DNA from: an uncultured Collinsella sp.
Lineage (GTDB): Bacteria > Actinomycetota > Coriobacteriia > Coriobacteriales > Coriobacteriaceae
Direction: 5' to 3'
Assembly (NCBI GenBank): GCA_958445985.1
Contig: CAUCUN010000004.1
Location: 35,895-99,894, forward strand
DNA length: 64,000 nucleotides
Shown: one piece after another, positions 46,341 to 56,075 of the stretch
Numbering within the stretch: position 1 is the stretch's first letter
Layout: each line of letters begins with the position of its first letter
Notes under the pieces: model-generated
Databases searched by the model: none
Told to the model about the DNA's origin: nothing
Seen by the model: the letters and a program-made list of their open reading frames with translations, nothing else
Translations under genes and position numbers: made by a program

Positions 46341-47474
46341 ATGTACATTTCCACACATCAGGCTCTACTCGACTTTTGCCAGCGCGCCCGTGAGTTCGAC
46401 GCGATTGCCGTCGATACCGAGTTTTTGCGCGAGCGCACGTTCCATCCGCGTCTATGTTTGGTTCAGATTGCCACCCCTGCTGAGAGCGTCGCGGTCGATC
46501 CCCTGGTAATCGACGACCTATCGCCGCTGGCCGAGCTTATGGCCGACGAGAGCGTGACCAAGGTCTTCCACGCGTGCTCGCAGGATATGGAGGTCATGCT
46601 CCATACCGTGGGCGTGCTGCCACGACCGATTTTCGATACGCAGGTCGCCGCCGCCTTTTTGGGCGAGCGCCAGCAGATTTCGTATGGCGCGCTTGTTCAG
46701 ACGTTCTGCGGCGTATCGCTGCCCAAGACCGAGTCACTGACCGACTGGTCGCGCCGCCCGCTGACCGATAAGCAGATTGAGTATGCGATCGATGACGTCA
46801 AGTACCTGATCGTCGCCTATACCGAGATGATGAGCCGCCTGCGCGAGCTGGGCCGTGTGGACTGGGTGCTCGACGAGCTGCGCCCGCTGGCTGACGAGTC
46901 GCACTATCGCGCCGATCGCCACGAGGCGTTCCGCAAGGTCAAGCGCATCAATTCGTGCAGCCGTCATCAGCTGGGTATCGCGCGCGAGCTCGCCGCCTGG
47001 CGCGAGGACCGCGCCGAGCGGCGCAACATCCCACGCAAGTGGGTCATGTCCGACGACACGCTGCTAGCGCTCGTTAAGCGCAATCCCGTGCGCGTTGAGG
47101 AGTTCCGTAGCATTCGCGGTACCGATCAATTGGGGGAGCGCGACGTGGACGGTGCGCTCATGGCCATCAAGCGCGGTGCGAGCTGTCCGCACGATCGCCT
47201 GCCGCTCTTGGTGCGCGGACATCGTCAGATTTCGCCGGAGCTGGAGAGCGTGACTGACCTTATGTATGCGCTTATCCGCCTGGTTGCCGAGCGCTCAGGC
47301 GTTGCGACCTCGGTCATTGCCTCGCGCGATGACCTGGCCGACTACATTGAGCATCCCGAGCAGAGCCGCCTGCGCGAAGGTTGGCGCTTTGAGCTTGTGG
47401 GCTCGCGCCTGGACGATCTGCTCTCGGGCAACATGGGACTCACCGTGAAGGACGGTAAAATCGAGCTTTTATAG
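46341..47474 (+). CDS. rnd: Ribonuclease D (with HRDC domain)
   Basis: AVDTEFLRERTFHPRLCLVQ, KVFHA, FDTQVAA, TDWSRRPL..YAIDDV motifs. Confidence 0.92.
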   Translation: MYISTHQALLDFCQRAREFDAIAVDTEFLRERTFHPRLCLVQIATPAESVAVDPLVIDDLSPLAELMADESVTKVFHACSQDMEVMLHTVGVLPRPIFDTQVAAAFLGERQQISYGALVQTFCGVSLPKTESLTDWSRRPLTDKQIEYAIDDVKYLIVAYTEMMSRLRELGRVDWVLDELRPLADESHYRADRHEAFRKVKRINSCSRHQLGIARELAAWREDRAERRNIPRKWVMSDDTLLALVKRNPVRVEEFRSIRGTDQLGERDVDGALMAIKRGASCPHDRLPLLVRGHRQISPELESVTDLMYALIRLVAERSGVATSVIASRDDLADYIEHPEQSRLREGWRFELVGSRLDDLLSGNMGLTVKDGKIELL

Positions 47475-47618
47475 TTACGCGGTTTTACCAAACCGCGTAA
47501 CAGCTCGACGCTGCAAACGGCCGAGAGCGGCAATCTGACGTTCAATCGTCGCTCGCGTACCAAAGTACGCGTCGCTTCTCTTTCACGTCACCTTGCTCGC
47601 TCTCGGTCGTTTTCGCTG
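47472..47618 (+). repeat. Structured intergenic repeat family A, copy 3 (3' of rnd)
   Basis: 147-bp reverse-complement homolog of 26586-26732. Confidence 0.85.
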
Positions 47619-47704
47619 ACGATGCCAAAACACCGCTGTTGTCTTGCTTGCTAGCTGAGTGGGTAGAATGCCTCCGACGTGTAACTCGATTCGGAGGAAT
47701 TCGC

Positions 47705-48409
47705 ATGCCTTATTACTATGGTTACGGCTTTGGCATCGACCCGCTGTACCTGCTGGTTGTTCTTGTCTGCACGGTGCTTGGCCTTGCTGCGCAGAGCTAT
47801 ATCAATTCGACGTACAAGACCTGGTCCAAGGTTCGCTCGGACGGCGACACGGGCGCCACGGTTGCTCGCCGCATGCTTGACGCCAACGGTTGCAATGCCG
47901 TGGGTATCAAGGGTGTCGCTGGTGAGCTCACCGACCATTACAACCCGCAGGATAACAACCTGTATCTGTCGGATGCCAACCGTTCGGGCGGTTCGGTCGC
48001 AAGCGTTGCCGTCGCCTGCCACGAGGCGGGCCATGCCGCCCAGCGTCAAAGCGGCTATGCCATGATGAAAGTACGTACCGCCCTCGTGCCGGTCGTCAAC
48101 TTTACCCAGAACACCTGGACCATCGTGTTGCTCTTGGGTCTGTTTATGAACATTGCCGGGCTCACATCCCTCGCGTTGATCTTCTTCTCGTTTAGTGTAC
48201 TGTTCCAACTCGTTACGCTGCCTGTCGAGATTGACGCCAGCCGACGCGCCGTGGCGTACATCGAGCAGTCGGGTATGAGTTCCAAGCAGGTCAACGGTGC
48301 CAAGAAGGTACTGACGGCCGCCGCGCTTACCTATGTTGCCGCTGCGCTCACCTCGATTATTCAGCTGCTCTATCTTATGGCTCGCTACAACAGAAACTCC
48401 AACCGATAA
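47705..48409 (+). CDS. Membrane zinc metallopeptidase (YugP-like)
   Basis: LTDHYNP, HEAGHA, VTLPVEIDASRRA, AAALTYVA motifs. Confidence 0.88.
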   Translation: MPYYYGYGFGIDPLYLLVVLVCTVLGLAAQSYINSTYKTWSKVRSDGDTGATVARRMLDANGCNAVGIKGVAGELTDHYNPQDNNLYLSDANRSGGSVASVAVACHEAGHAAQRQSGYAMMKVRTALVPVVNFTQNTWTIVLLLGLFMNIAGLTSLALIFFSFSVLFQLVTLPVEIDASRRAVAYIEQSGMSSKQVNGAKKVLTAAALTYVAAALTSIIQLLYLMARYNRNSNR

Positions 48410-48524
48410 CAAATTGGGTCGCTGGGCGCCGCGGGGATTCGTGTCCCCGCGGCGCTGTACTATGTGTTGGACTTGAATTTGCGCAGGGCCGGAGCCCTTG
48501 TGCACGATGACGAAAGGAGGCTGC

Positions 48525-49976
48525 GTGGCAGGCTGGAATCTAACCGGCAATGCCGTTTCCGCCGAGTTCGACGGTTCGGACGAGCAGGAGCGCAAAGAGC
48601 TCAGCGTGAGCCAAGCGGTGGAGATTGCCGCCGGCGCGCTCGATGCCATTCCGCAGCTGAGCGTCCTGGGCGAGGTCACGGGCTTCCGTGGCCCCAATGC
48701 CCGAAGCGGTCACTGCTACTTCCAGATTAAGGACGACTCGGCAGCCGTTGACTGCATCATCTGGAAGGGCGCCTATCTCAAGCGCACCTTCGATTTGCGC
48801 GACGGCATGCAGGTAAGCTTTAAGGGCAGCTTCAATCTCTACAAGCCTACGGGTCGCATGAGCTTCGTCGCCCGCTCGTTTTCGCTGGCGGGGGAGGGTC
48901 TGCTGCGTCAACAAGTGGCGCAGCTGGCCGAAAAGCTACGCCGCGAGGGCCTGATGGACGAAGCGCGCAAGCGCCGCATCCCGGTGTTCTGCTCCCGCGT
49001 GGCGGTCGTCACCTCGCTTTCGGGTGCCGTAATCGACGACGTCAAGCGCACGTTGCGTCGTCGCAACCCGCTCGTCGAGCTCGTCTGCGTGGGCGCCAAG
49101 GTTCAAGGCGAGGGCGCGCCGGCCGAGCTCATTGAGGGCTTGCACCGCGCCGCTTCCATTACGCCGGCGCCCGACTGTATTTTGCTGGTGCGTGGCGGCG
49201 GCTCCTTTGAGGACCTCATGACCTTTAATGACGAGGAGCTTGCCCGCGCGGTGGCGGCTTGTCCTGTGCCCGTGGTGACCGGCATTGGCCATGAGCCCGA
49301 TACCTCGATTTGCGACATGGTGAGCGACCGCCGCGCCTCCACGCCCACGGCGGCGGCAGAATCGGTGGCGCCGGCTATGACGGAGTTGGCCGATGTGCTC
49401 GAGGCGCGCCATCAGCGTCTGGGTGCCGCGATGGCATCGATGATTGGGTCGGATCAGGTCGATCTGGAGATGCTCGATCAGCGCGGTCGCCGTGCCTGGG
49501 ATACCTATACGGCTCGCTTAGGCGATGCGCTCGATGCGGCTGCGTGCCGCCCGTGCCTTAACGACCCAACGTTTATGGTTGAGCGTCGCGAGTCTGAGCT
49601 TGCCCTGACGGCCGATCGTTTGTCCGGCGCCATAACGCGCTCGGTCGGGGCATTCCGCTCCAACTTTGAGCGTCTGCCCGAGCGTCTGGTTGCAAGCACC
49701 TCGGGGCTCGATGGCAAGCGTCACGCGCTCACGCTTGCGAGTTCCCGTCTGGAGCATCAGGGACGCACGATGCTCAGCAAACCCGCGTCCGGCCTGGGTC
49801 GTGCGGCAGCCTCGCTCGATGCCCTGTCGCCGCTCAAGGTGCTTGCCCGCGGCTATTCCATCGCGTACAGCGATGATGGTGTGGCTACGAGCGCCAAGAC
49901 CTTTAAGCCCGGCGACGCCATCCGCGTGCGCATGGCAGACGGCAACGTGGCAGCAACGGTCAATACGGTCGAGTAG
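48525..49976 (+). CDS. xseA: Exodeoxyribonuclease VII large subunit
   Basis: SGHCYF, RGGGSFEDL..FNDE, GIGHEPD, TPTAAAE, LSPLKVLARGY motifs. Confidence 0.93.
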   Translation: MAGWNLTGNAVSAEFDGSDEQERKELSVSQAVEIAAGALDAIPQLSVLGEVTGFRGPNARSGHCYFQIKDDSAAVDCIIWKGAYLKRTFDLRDGMQVSFKGSFNLYKPTGRMSFVARSFSLAGEGLLRQQVAQLAEKLRREGLMDEARKRRIPVFCSRVAVVTSLSGAVIDDVKRTLRRRNPLVELVCVGAKVQGEGAPAELIEGLHRAASITPAPDCILLVRGGGSFEDLMTFNDEELARAVAACPVPVVTGIGHEPDTSICDMVSDRRASTPTAAAESVAPAMTELADVLEARHQRLGAAMASMIGSDQVDLEMLDQRGRRAWDTYTARLGDALDAAACRPCLNDPTFMVERRESELALTADRLSGAITRSVGAFRSNFERLPERLVASTSGLDGKRHALTLASSRLEHQGRTMLSKPASGLGRAAASLDALSPLKVLARGYSIAYSDDGVATSAKTFKPGDAIRVRMADGNVAATVNTVE

Positions 49977-50018
49977 ACCGCGTTTCATAGCGATAAACCT
50001 TTAGGAAAGGAAACAGAT

Positions 50019-50285
50019 ATGGCAGAGAAGACCCCGGTCGAACAGCTTACGTACAAGCAGGCTTCGCAGGAGCTGGAGCTCATCATCCGCAGCTTGGAGT
50101 CGGGCGATATGGAGCTCGAGGAGTCGCTCGAGAGCTACACCCGCGGCGTTGAGCTCCTCAAGAGCTTGCGCACCCGCCTGTCCGATGCCGAGCAGAAGGT
50201 TTCGGTGCTCCTGAAGGACGTCGACGGCAACGACGTGCTCGCCGACGGCGAGGCCGCCAACACGGACGACAACCTCTCGTTCTAA
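50019..50285 (+). CDS. xseB: Exodeoxyribonuclease VII small subunit
   Basis: ELELIIRSLESGDMELEESL..Y.RG..L..AEQKV; follows xseA. Confidence 0.9.
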   Translation: MAEKTPVEQLTYKQASQELELIIRSLESGDMELEESLESYTRGVELLKSLRTRLSDAEQKVSVLLKDVDGNDVLADGEAANTDDNLSF

Positions 50286-50334
50286 TCATCCCGACCAAAT
50301 ATAATTACCTTGGTTTGTGAGAAAGGAACCAACC

Positions 50335-50670
50335 ATGTGTGATTGCATCTTCTGCAAAATCGCCAACCACGAGATCCCCTCGACCGTTGTCTATGAGGAC
50401 GACCAGGTCATCGCCTTCGACGACCTCAACCCCCAGGCGCCGGTTCACACGCTTGTGATCCCCAAGAAGCACTACAGTGACATCTCCGACAACGTACCTG
50501 CCGAGACCATGGGCGCCATGGCTCACGCCATCCAGGAGGTCGCTAAGGCCAAGGGCTTGGAGGACGGTTTCCGGGTCATCTCCAACAAGGGCGTCAACGC
50601 CGGCCAGACCGTCATGCACTTCCACATGCACGTCCTCGGCGGCAAGAACCTGGGCGAGAACCTCATCTGA
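50335..50670 (+). CDS. Histidine triad (HIT) nucleotide-binding protein
   Basis: CIFCKI, PQAPVH, GQTVMHFHMH motifs. Confidence 0.92.
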   Translation: MCDCIFCKIANHEIPSTVVYEDDQVIAFDDLNPQAPVHTLVIPKKHYSDISDNVPAETMGAMAHAIQEVAKAKGLEDGFRVISNKGVNAGQTVMHFHMHVLGGKNLGENLI

Positions 50671-50711
50671 GGACGCACAGCCCGTCGCCTTGGCTGCCTT
50701 TGGAGTAACCT

Positions 50712-51602
50712 ATGCAGCTTTCTCAACTCGAATACCTTCAAGCGGTAGCGAACTACGGCGGCGTGCGCAAAGCGGCTCGCGCCGTTCACGTGAGCCCACA
50801 GGCCGTTTCGTCGGCAATCAAAAAGTTGGAATCTGAGTATCAGATTGTTTTGCTCGACCGATCGGCGGGGGAGGCTGTTTTGTCTCCGGCGGGCAGAGAA
50901 TTTGCGCGTCGTGCACGCGTGATCCTGGCACAAGTCGACGATCTCAAAAAGTACGCTCAATCGGGGAACGGCGGTGTTTCGCCCGACGGCCACTTCCGTC
51001 TTTACGCCCCCTGTCTTCACGGGCGGGGGCGTCTTTTTTCCGAAAACTGGTACGACTCGTTTGAAAGCTCGCACCCCCAGATTCACCTTGATGTTTGGCA
51101 TCAGCCAACGGCCACATGCTTTGAATCACTTGTGCTTGGCATTTCGGATGCGGCCATCTCATTTGAGGAACCAAGGGATAGTGTCCTTTCTTCGAAATAC
51201 TTGGGTGAAAAGGAGCTCAAGGTTCTTTCGTGCCCAGCGGGTCATCAATCTGTGGGTGCTATGACCGTTCGTGAGTTACTGGGCGGCAGGTTAGCTGTTC
51301 CCATTAATTTGTCGCCCTGTCTCAATGCGATCAATCAATGCCCCGAAGCTCAGCTGGTTAATTTCCGCTTCCGCGACGTCGAATACGGAAACAGAGCGCA
51401 GGCTGAGTTTCTTCAAGCCGGGGGATTGATATTGGGTTTTTCTGGCTCTTCTCTCGCATCAGATGGGTCGGAAGTGAGCGAGTACTCTATTGAAGGCTCG
51501 CATGACGTAGCCTTGCCCATCTACTTTTGCTATCGACAAAATGCCTGGACCGATCGACACCAGACGGTATTTCTTCACCTATTGCGTCATCTTGCTTCGT
51601 GA
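50712..51602 (+). CDS. LysR-family transcriptional regulator
   Basis: QLEYL.AVA..G...AA..V.VSPQAVSSAIKKLE HTH; divergent C-terminal domain. Confidence 0.8.
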   Translation: MQLSQLEYLQAVANYGGVRKAARAVHVSPQAVSSAIKKLESEYQIVLLDRSAGEAVLSPAGREFARRARVILAQVDDLKKYAQSGNGGVSPDGHFRLYAPCLHGRGRLFSENWYDSFESSHPQIHLDVWHQPTATCFESLVLGISDAAISFEEPRDSVLSSKYLGEKELKVLSCPAGHQSVGAMTVRELLGGRLAVPINLSPCLNAINQCPEAQLVNFRFRDVEYGNRAQAEFLQAGGLILGFSGSSLASDGSEVSEYSIEGSHDVALPIYFCYRQNAWTDRHQTVFLHLLRHLAS

Positions 51603-51721
51603 GGCCATTTGGCCTCGTGTCGTCAAGTGAATGTTGACGCCTTGTAACACATGACTGACGGCTTTGCCCTCATGCTTTTCCAAGATTCCGATTTAGATTG
51701 TTGACTCTTGGAGGGCGGAGC

Positions 51722-52882
51722 ATGAAAAACCGTACGGTTTTGCTTTATATGACGTTTGTTTTTCTGTCGAACTTCAGCACCATTTTGTATTTTCTGACGG
51801 TTTACCTTGAATTCGTCGGATTCTCGATGGTGGCGATTTCTAGCATGATGATTGCATATCAAGTGAGCAAGTTCATCCTTGAAGTTCCCACTGGCTATAT
51901 TGCCGATAGGTTTGGACGAAAGACAAGTGGTCTCGTTGGCGTCGTGGGGATGCTTGGATACTACGCTGCCCTACTCCTCGTCCGTTCTCCTCTGCTTTTA
52001 ATCGGCGCGTTTGCTCTCAAAGGTTTTGCCGCTGCATGTGTGAGCGGATCCATGGAAGCGATTTACATTGACAGCGTTTCTCAGGACCAGCTCGTAAGAC
52101 TTAATGTCGTTGAGCGATTTGTTTTCTATGCCTCTTTTGCCATCTCCGCTTGCGTGGGCGGTTTCATTTCGTCTGTCGGTGCATATCTCATTGGTCTTTC
52201 GGCAGATATCATCGCAATGGTGTTGACGTTGGTTGTCGTTGTCTGCATTCCTGAGATGCGAAGAGGGGGCACTGCGGGGACACCTGAGCGTGGAATTAGC
52301 CCGAAGATGATCGGTGCCGCTATTGCGTGTAACGGCATTCTTCGTTCAGCGTTCATCATGGACTGTTCTCAAGCATTTGCTTTTGTCGCCCTGGAAGACT
52401 TTTTCTCACTGTTGCTTGCGGGTCGCGGAATGAATGCCGTCGCTTCGGGTGTGATCATTGCGGTCCAGCTCCTTGCCTCGGCCTCCATGGGGCTTATTGT
52501 GCCCAGTGTGATTGCTCATGTCGACAAGGGCCGTTTTGCGCGTATTTGCGGCATCGTGCGCCTTTCCCTGACTGCTCTATTTTTGATTCCCTTTACTCCG
52601 GTCTATTTGCTGCCCGTGTTCTATGTGTTGCAGACGGTCGCCTACTCGTTATTTGCTCCAATTAAATACTCAATTTTTCAAAATGCTGTCGATTCATCGA
52701 TGCGCTGTTCACTGATTTCGGTTCAAAGCCAGATGGTGGCGGTGGGTGCTGTTCTTTTCTATCTGCTCAACTCTGTGCTGAGTAGCGTTGCGGGCATTCG
52801 AGTCGTATTGCTTGTTGCGCTCGGGATTTCTTCCCTGGTGTATATCCCCGCGCTATTTCGTCTTACAAGTCAAAGGCCATGA
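51722..52882 (+). CDS. MFS transporter
   Basis: EVPTGYIADRFGRK motif; ~12 TM; lower GC than flanks. Confidence 0.85.
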   Translation: MKNRTVLLYMTFVFLSNFSTILYFLTVYLEFVGFSMVAISSMMIAYQVSKFILEVPTGYIADRFGRKTSGLVGVVGMLGYYAALLLVRSPLLLIGAFALKGFAAACVSGSMEAIYIDSVSQDQLVRLNVVERFVFYASFAISACVGGFISSVGAYLIGLSADIIAMVLTLVVVVCIPEMRRGGTAGTPERGISPKMIGAAIACNGILRSAFIMDCSQAFAFVALEDFFSLLLAGRGMNAVASGVIIAVQLLASASMGLIVPSVIAHVDKGRFARICGIVRLSLTALFLIPFTPVYLLPVFYVLQTVAYSLFAPIKYSIFQNAVDSSMRCSLISVQSQMVAVGAVLFYLLNSVLSSVAGIRVVLLVALGISSLVYIPALFRLTSQRP

Positions 52883-53002
52883 GTATTTAGGCACCGATAA
52901 CTTATATATCAACGCAATAAACCCGAGCGCGAGGGCGTTTGGGTTTATTATTGAAGCGTATGTAACCTGGCGGCGCCACACCGCCTGTTAGTAGGGAGAC
53001 AC

Positions 53003-54181
53003 ATGAACGTTCTGGTCGTCAACGCAGGATCTTCGACGCTTAAGTATCAGGTCATCGATACCAAGTCCCACAAGGTGTCCGCAAAGGGCTCCTGCGAGCG
53101 CGTCTGCTTTACCGGCGGTACCTTCACCCACGCTGCCAACGGTTCCAAGAAGGTGACCGAGAACATCGAGTTCCCCGACCACAAGGTCGCCATCGAGGTC
53201 GTTCTGAAGGACCTCGAGGCCAACGGCGTCAAGATCGAGGGCATTGGTCACCGTATCGTTCAGGGCGGCTGGTACTTCGGCGATTCCTCCCTCGTCGACG
53301 AGGACGTCCTCGCCAAGATCCGCGAGGTCGCTCCGCTGGCGCCGCTGCACAACAACCCCGAGGCCAACGTTATCGAGTACTGCCTGGAGCAGTATCCCGA
53401 CCTGCCCAACGTCACGGTCTACGACACCGCTTTCCACTTCAACATGCCCGAGGTCGCCAAGACTTACGCCCTGCCCAAGGACGTCTGCGACAAGCTGCAC
53501 ATCCGTAAGTACGGCGCCCACGGCACCAGCTACCGTTACATCTCCAAGAAGGTCGCCGAGATGACCAACGGCGAGGCTCGCAAGGTCGTCGTGTGCCATA
53601 TCGGCTCCGGCGCTTCCCTGTGCGCCATCGAGGACGGCAAGTGCATGGACACCACCATGGGCCTCACCCCGCTCGACGGCGTCATGATGGGCACCCGCTG
53701 CGGCTCCATCGACCCGGCTACCGTGTGCTACCTGCAGCGCGAGGGCGGCTACACCTTCGACGAGGTCGACGAGATGATGAACAAGAAGTCCGGCCTTTTG
53801 GCTGTGACCGGCGGCAAGACCAACGACTGCCGCAACGTCGAGGAGCTCGCCGCCGCTGGTGACCCCGATGCTCAGCTCGCCTTCGACATGTTTGTCTACA
53901 AGATTGCCGCCAAGGCTGCCGAGATGGCTACTTCTATGTGCGGTATGGACACCTTGGTCTTTACTGCCGGCATCGGCGAGCACGCTCCGGCTGTCCGCGC
54001 TGGCGTGGCCGACCGTCTGGCCTTTATGGGCGTCAAGATGGATCATGCCCGCAACGCCCTGCGTGGCGACGGCGCTTGGTGCCTGTCCGCCAAGGATTCT
54101 AAGGTCAAGATTTTCGTCATCCCCACGGACGAGGAGTTCATGATCGCCTCCGACGTTGAGCGCATCGTCAACGGCAAGTAA
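53003..54181 (+). CDS. ackA: Acetate kinase (copy 1)
   Basis: VNAGSSTLK, GHRIVQGG, APLHN, YGAHG, TMGLTPLDG, FTAGIGE, PTDEE motifs. Confidence 0.93.
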   Translation: MNVLVVNAGSSTLKYQVIDTKSHKVSAKGSCERVCFTGGTFTHAANGSKKVTENIEFPDHKVAIEVVLKDLEANGVKIEGIGHRIVQGGWYFGDSSLVDEDVLAKIREVAPLAPLHNNPEANVIEYCLEQYPDLPNVTVYDTAFHFNMPEVAKTYALPKDVCDKLHIRKYGAHGTSYRYISKKVAEMTNGEARKVVVCHIGSGASLCAIEDGKCMDTTMGLTPLDGVMMGTRCGSIDPATVCYLQREGGYTFDEVDEMMNKKSGLLAVTGGKTNDCRNVEELAAAGDPDAQLAFDMFVYKIAAKAAEMATSMCGMDTLVFTAGIGEHAPAVRAGVADRLAFMGVKMDHARNALRGDGAWCLSAKDSKVKIFVIPTDEEFMIASDVERIVNGK

Positions 54182-54345
54182 TTGCAAGAGGGGAGGGGCT
54201 GGACGATCGAGCGCCGTTCGGCCCCTCTTTTGCGCTCGTTGGGCGATATGACTGATAGCTATTTATCAAGTTGTGATAACTTCTTATTAAAATGCGGCCG
54301 CCTTAAGGGGTCTGCGTCGACCGTATTGCACTGCAAAGGAGTCTC

Positions 54346-55524
54346 ATGAACGTACTTGTTGTCAACGCCGGCAGCTCAAGCCTTAAATATCAGCTTTTGG
54401 ATACCGATACCCGCGAGGTTTTCGCCAAGGGCAACTGCGAACGCATCGGTTCGGACATGGGCATCTTTGGTCACTCCGAGAACGGTGGCGCCAAGCAGAC
54501 CGAGGAGGTCCCTTTCCCCGATCATCGCTCTGCTATCGCTCGCGTGCTCGAGGAGCTCGAGAAGACCGACTTTACGATTGATGGCATTGGACATCGCATC
54601 GTTCAGGGCGGCTGGCACTTCGATGATTCCGCAGTTGTCGACGACGAGGTTATGGCCAAGATTCTTGAGGTGGCCCCGCTCGCTCCGCTGCACAATTACG
54701 GCGAGGCCGCGGCAATCGAATATTGCCGCGAGAAGTATCCGGAGCTGCCCAACGTCGCCGTCTTCGACACCTCGTTCCACATGACCATGCCCGAGGTCGC
54801 CTACACCTACGCGCTGCCCAAGGACGTGTGCGACAAGTACCACGTGCGCAAGTACGGCGCACACGGTACGAGCCACCGCTACGAGTGGATGATGGCCAAG
54901 GAGATCCTGGGCTCGCGCTGCCACCGTCTGCTTTCGTGCCATCTGGGCAACGGCGCTTCGCTCGCCGCCATCGAGGACGGCGTGTGCCGCGATACCACGA
55001 TGGGCCTCACGCCGCTCGACGGCCTGATGATGGGTACCCGTTGCGGCTCCATCGACCCGGCTACCGTGTGCTACCTGCAGCGCGAGGGCGGCTACAGCTA
55101 TCAGGAAGTCGATGACATGATGAACAAGCAGTCTGGTCTGCTTGCCATCTCGGGTATCTCCAACGACGCCCGCGACATCCGCACGCGCGCCTCCGAGGGC
55201 GACGAGCGCTGCCTGCTCGCCTTCGATATGTTCGCCTACAAGGCCATGCAGCAGGCCGGCTCTATGATTGCTTCCATGGCGGGCGTGGACACCATCACCT
55301 TTACCGCCGGCATCGGCGAGAACGACTGGTCGATCCGCAAGGCCTTCTGTGACTGCTTTGAGTGGCTGGGCGTGCGCATCGACAATAACAAGAACCGCGA
55401 GGCCGTGGGCAACGGCCCGCAGGTCATCAGTGCCGCCGGTTCCGCCGTCACGGTCATGGTCATCCCCACCGACGAGGAATACATGATCGCCCACGACGTC
55501 GAGCGTCTGACCAAGAACAACTAA
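54346..55524 (+). CDS. ackA: Acetate/short-chain acid kinase (copy 2)
   Basis: Same motifs as copy 1 and the same length (392 aa). Confidence 0.9.
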   Translation: MNVLVVNAGSSSLKYQLLDTDTREVFAKGNCERIGSDMGIFGHSENGGAKQTEEVPFPDHRSAIARVLEELEKTDFTIDGIGHRIVQGGWHFDDSAVVDDEVMAKILEVAPLAPLHNYGEAAAIEYCREKYPELPNVAVFDTSFHMTMPEVAYTYALPKDVCDKYHVRKYGAHGTSHRYEWMMAKEILGSRCHRLLSCHLGNGASLAAIEDGVCRDTTMGLTPLDGLMMGTRCGSIDPATVCYLQREGGYSYQEVDDMMNKQSGLLAISGISNDARDIRTRASEGDERCLLAFDMFAYKAMQQAGSMIASMAGVDTITFTAGIGENDWSIRKAFCDCFEWLGVRIDNNKNREAVGNGPQVISAAGSAVTVMVIPTDEEYMIAHDVERLTKNN

Positions 55525-55546
55525 CGTGCCCGTTTGCATTTAAACG

Positions 55547-55584
55547 AAAGGCCTCCAGAGCAACAGCTCCGGAGGCCTTTTTTA
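55547..55584 (+). terminator. Intrinsic terminator after ackA copy 2
   Basis: AAAGGCCTCCAGAGC...GCTCCGGAGGCCTTTTTT. Confidence 0.8.
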
Positions 55585-55933
55585 CTAGCAGGCGGACGGC
55601 GGAAACCCCATCCCATTTCGAGCGCAAATACTGGGACACGCTTTCCGGTTGAGGCACGTTGCGGAAAGTGCGACCCACAATAAAGCAAAATTCCGTCCCA
55701 AAGTTTCCCAAACAGGCCCCAAGCGGAAGCCACATCCCACAATCCGCCTCCAAACTGGGATGTAGTTTCCGGCACAACAACCGCCGAAGCCCACCGGCCT
55801 TTCAACCTCCAAAGTGATCATCATCAGCAACGCCTGCGCTCCCAGCAACGGCACCCATCCATTCAGATTTTCAGCTCCAGCGCGTAGCCAAGCCGCCGTC
55901 CACCCCGGATTCCCTGATTGCTACGTGGCGGCA

Positions 55934-56060
55934 GGGACCCTACAGGGTAAAGCTCTGAAAATATTCCGCAGGACGCATGAAACCCCCGCCGCACGAAGTG
56001 CGCAGCGGGGGTTTCATGCATGTCCGAGGACGTTTTCAGAGCTTTACCCTGTAGGGTCCC
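55934..56060. repeat. Long (~127 bp) imperfect hairpin 3' of pta
   Basis: GGGACCCTACAGGGTAAAGCTCTGAAAA...TTTTCAGAGCTTTACCCTGTAGGGTCCC with inner GCATGAAACCCCCGC/GCGGGGGTTTCATGC stem. Confidence 0.8.
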
Positions 56061-56075
56061 GAGGGGATATGTTCG

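Noticed and set aside
54262..54290. TTATCA-N5-TGATAA / Rex-like site before ackA copy 2
   Set aside because: Poor match to the Rex consensus; too short to support.
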